Shown here: piece after piece, positions 61,351-64,000 of the stretch
How the letters are laid out: each line of letters begins with the position of its first letter
Position numbering within the stretch: the first letter of the stretch is position 1
Origin: Nemertoderma westbladi
Taxonomy: Eukaryota > Animalia > Xenacoelomorpha
NCBI GenBank assembly: GCA_032718475.1
Contig: JAUCBJ010009152.1
Location: 1-64,000, forward strand
Length of the DNA stretch: 64,000 nucleotides
Direction: 5' to 3'
Notes under the pieces: model-generated
Database searches by the model: none
Seen by the model: the letters and a program-made list of their open reading frames with translations, nothing else
Told to the model about the DNA's origin: nothing
Translations under genes and position numbers: made by a program

Positions 61351-64000
61351 ATATAGTACTGGTTCTAACTGCTGTATGATGGACTCCATATAGTACTGGT
61401 TCTAACTGCTGTATGATGGACTCCATATAGTACTGGTTCTATCTTCTATATGAAGGACTCCATATAGTACTGGTTCTACTGCTGTATGATGGACTCCATA
61501 TAGTACTAGTTCTATCTTCTGTATGAAGGACTCCATATAGTACTGGTTCTATCTTCTGTATGAAGGACTCCATATAGTACTGGTTCTAACTGCTGTATGA
61601 TGGACTCCATATAGTACTGGTTCTAACTGCTGTATGATGGACTCCATATAGTACTGGTTCTAACTGCTGTGTGATGGACTCCATATAGTACTGGTTCTAA
61701 CTGCTGTATGATGGACTCCATATGGTACTGGTTCTATCTTCTGTATGAAGGACTCCATATAGTACTGGATCTAACTGCTGTATGATGGACTCCATATAGT
61801 ACTGGTTCTAACTGCTGTATGATGGACTCCATATAGTACTGGTTCTAACTGCTGTATGATGGACTCCATATAGTACTGGTTCTATCTTCTATATGAAGGA
61901 CTCCATATAGTACTGGTTCTACTGCTGTATGATGGACTCCATATAGTACTAGTCTATCTTCTGTATGAAGGACTCCATATAGTACTGGTTCTAACTGCTG
62001 TATGATGGACTCCATATAGTACTGGTTCTATCTTCTATATGAAGGACTCCATATAGTACTGGTTCTACTGCTGTATGATGGACTCCATATAGTACTAGTT
62101 CTATCTTCTGTATGAAGGACTCCATATAGTACTGGTTCTAACTGCTGTATGATGGACTCCATATAGTACTGGTTCTATCTTCTGTATGAAGGACTCCATA
62201 TAGTACTGGTTCTAACTGCTGTATGATGGACTCCATATAGTACTGGTTCTAACTGCTGTATGACGGACTCCATATAGTACTGGTTCTAACTGCTGTATGA
62301 AGGACTCCATATAGTACTGGTTCTACTGCTGTATGATGGACTCCATATAGTACTAGTTCTATCTTCTGTATGAAGGACTCCATATAGTACTGGTTCTAAC
62401 TGCTGTATGATGGACTCCATATAGTACTGGTTCTAACTGCTGTATGACGGACTCCATATAGTACTGGTTCTAACTGCTGTATGATGGACTCCATATAGTA
62501 CTGGTTCTATCTTCTATATGAAGGACTCTATATAGTACTGGTTCTAACTGCTGTATGATGGACTCCATATAGTACTGGTTCTAACTGCTGTATGATGGAC
62601 TCCATATAGTACTGGTTCTAACTGCTGTATGATGGACTCCATATAGTACTGGTTCTATCGTACTGGTTCTAACTGCTGTATGATGGACTCCATATGGTAC
62701 TGGTTCTATCTTCTGTATGGAGGACTCCATATAGAACTGGTTCTAACTGCTGTATGATGGACTCCATATAGGAGTACTGATTCTAACTGCTGATTGATGG
62801 ACTCCATATAGTACTGGTTCTAACTGCTGTATGATGGACTCCATATTGGAGTACTGGTTCTAACTTCTGTATGAAGGACTCCATATAGTACTGGTTCTAT
62901 TTTCTGTATGAAGGACTCCATATAGTACTGGTTCTATCTTCTGTATGATGGACTCCATATAGTACTGGTTCTACTGCTGTATGATGGACTCCATATAGTA
63001 CTGGTTCTAACTGCTGTATGATGGACTCCATATAGTACTGGTTCTAACTGCTGTATGATGGACTCCATATAGTACTGGTTCTATCTTCTGTATGAAGGAC
63101 TCCATATAGTACTGGTTCTATCTTCTGTATGAAGGACTCCATATAGTACTGGTTCTATCTTCTGTATGAAGGACTCCATATAGTACTGGTTCTAACTGCT
63201 GTATGATGGACTCCATAAGGACTCCATATAGTACTGGTTCTATCTTCTGTATGAAGGACACCATATAGTACTGGTTCTATCTTCTGTATGAAGGACTCCA
63301 TATAGTACTGGTTCTATCTTCTGTATGAAGGACTCCATATAGTACTGGTTCTAACTGCTGTATGATGGACTCCATATAGTACTGGTTCTATCTTCTGTAT
63401 GAAGGACTCCATATAGTACTGGTTCTATCTTCTGTATGAAGGACTCCATATAGTACTGGTTCTATCTTCTGTATGAAGGACTCCATATAGTACTGGTTCT
63501 AACTGCTGTATGATGGACTCCATAAGGACACCATAGTACTGGTTCTATCTTCTGTATGAAGGACTCCATATAGTACTGGTTCTATCTTCTGTATGAAGGA
63601 CTCCATATAGTACTGGTTCTAACTGCTGTATGGTGGACTCCATAAGGACACCATATAATACTGGTTCTAACTGCTGTATGATGGACTCCATAGGAGTACT
63701 GGTTCTAACTGCTGTATGATGGACTCCATATAGGAGTTCTAACTGCTGTATGATGGACTCCATATAGGAGTACTGGTTCTAACCGCTGTATCATGGACTC
63801 CATATAGGAGTACTGGTTCTAACTGCTGTATGATGGACTCCATATAGGAGTACTGGTTCTAACTGCTGTATGATGGACTCCATATCGGAGTACTGGTTCT
63901 AACTGCTGTATGATGGACTCCATAAGGACACCATATAGTACTGGTTCTAACTGCTGTATGATGGACTCCATATGGTACTGGTTCTATCTTCTGTATGAAG
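61351..64000. repeat. Satellite subfamily dominated by a 37-bp monomer (3-bp deletion in TAGGAG)
   Basis: GGACTCCATATAGTACTGGTTCTA(AC/TC)T..., with a new variant TCTTCTGTATGAAGG. Some 40-mers return after ~63690. Confidence 0.95.

Noticed and set aside
3156-63763. Many short ORFs of the MESIIQQLEPVLLYGVHH type
   Set aside because: They are translations of the satellite monomer, kept open only by occasional indel monomers.
2721-64000. CRISPR-like appearance: a 30-bp constant part with an internal hairpin plus a variable segment
   Set aside because: The variable part is only 10 nt and is drawn from a handful of related variants rather than unique spacers. There are no cas genes, and the context is eukaryotic satellite.

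Overview
Eukaryotic, probably animal, heterochromatic window. It is dominated by a 40-bp satellite (consensus GGACTCCATATAGGAGTACTGGTTCTAACTGCTGTATGAT) that has been invaded by three different elements. (1) At 1-2720 is the probable 5' end of an LTR retrotransposon on the minus strand. (2) At 8526-19131 (spanning a 100-N gap) and 19772-28819 are head-to-tail multimers of a ~3.0-kb non-coding element. They sit at the CTAG of a rare satellite variant, and each unit carries a tRNA-like Pol III cassette. (3) At 29009-38027 is a 9,019-bp Polinton/Maverick-type element with AGT...ACT ends, ~340-bp near-perfect TIRs and a 6-bp TSD (TCCATA). This third element is the most interesting feature. It has no integrase, capsid, packaging ATPase or maturation protease ORF. 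It encodes only an intact protein-primed family B DNA polymerase and a divergent TATA-binding-protein (TBP)-like protein. It also shows predicted spliced leader exons and a cluster of seven tRNA T-arm/B-box motifs interleaved with TATA boxes. All calls come from reading the sequence by eye; no searches were run.
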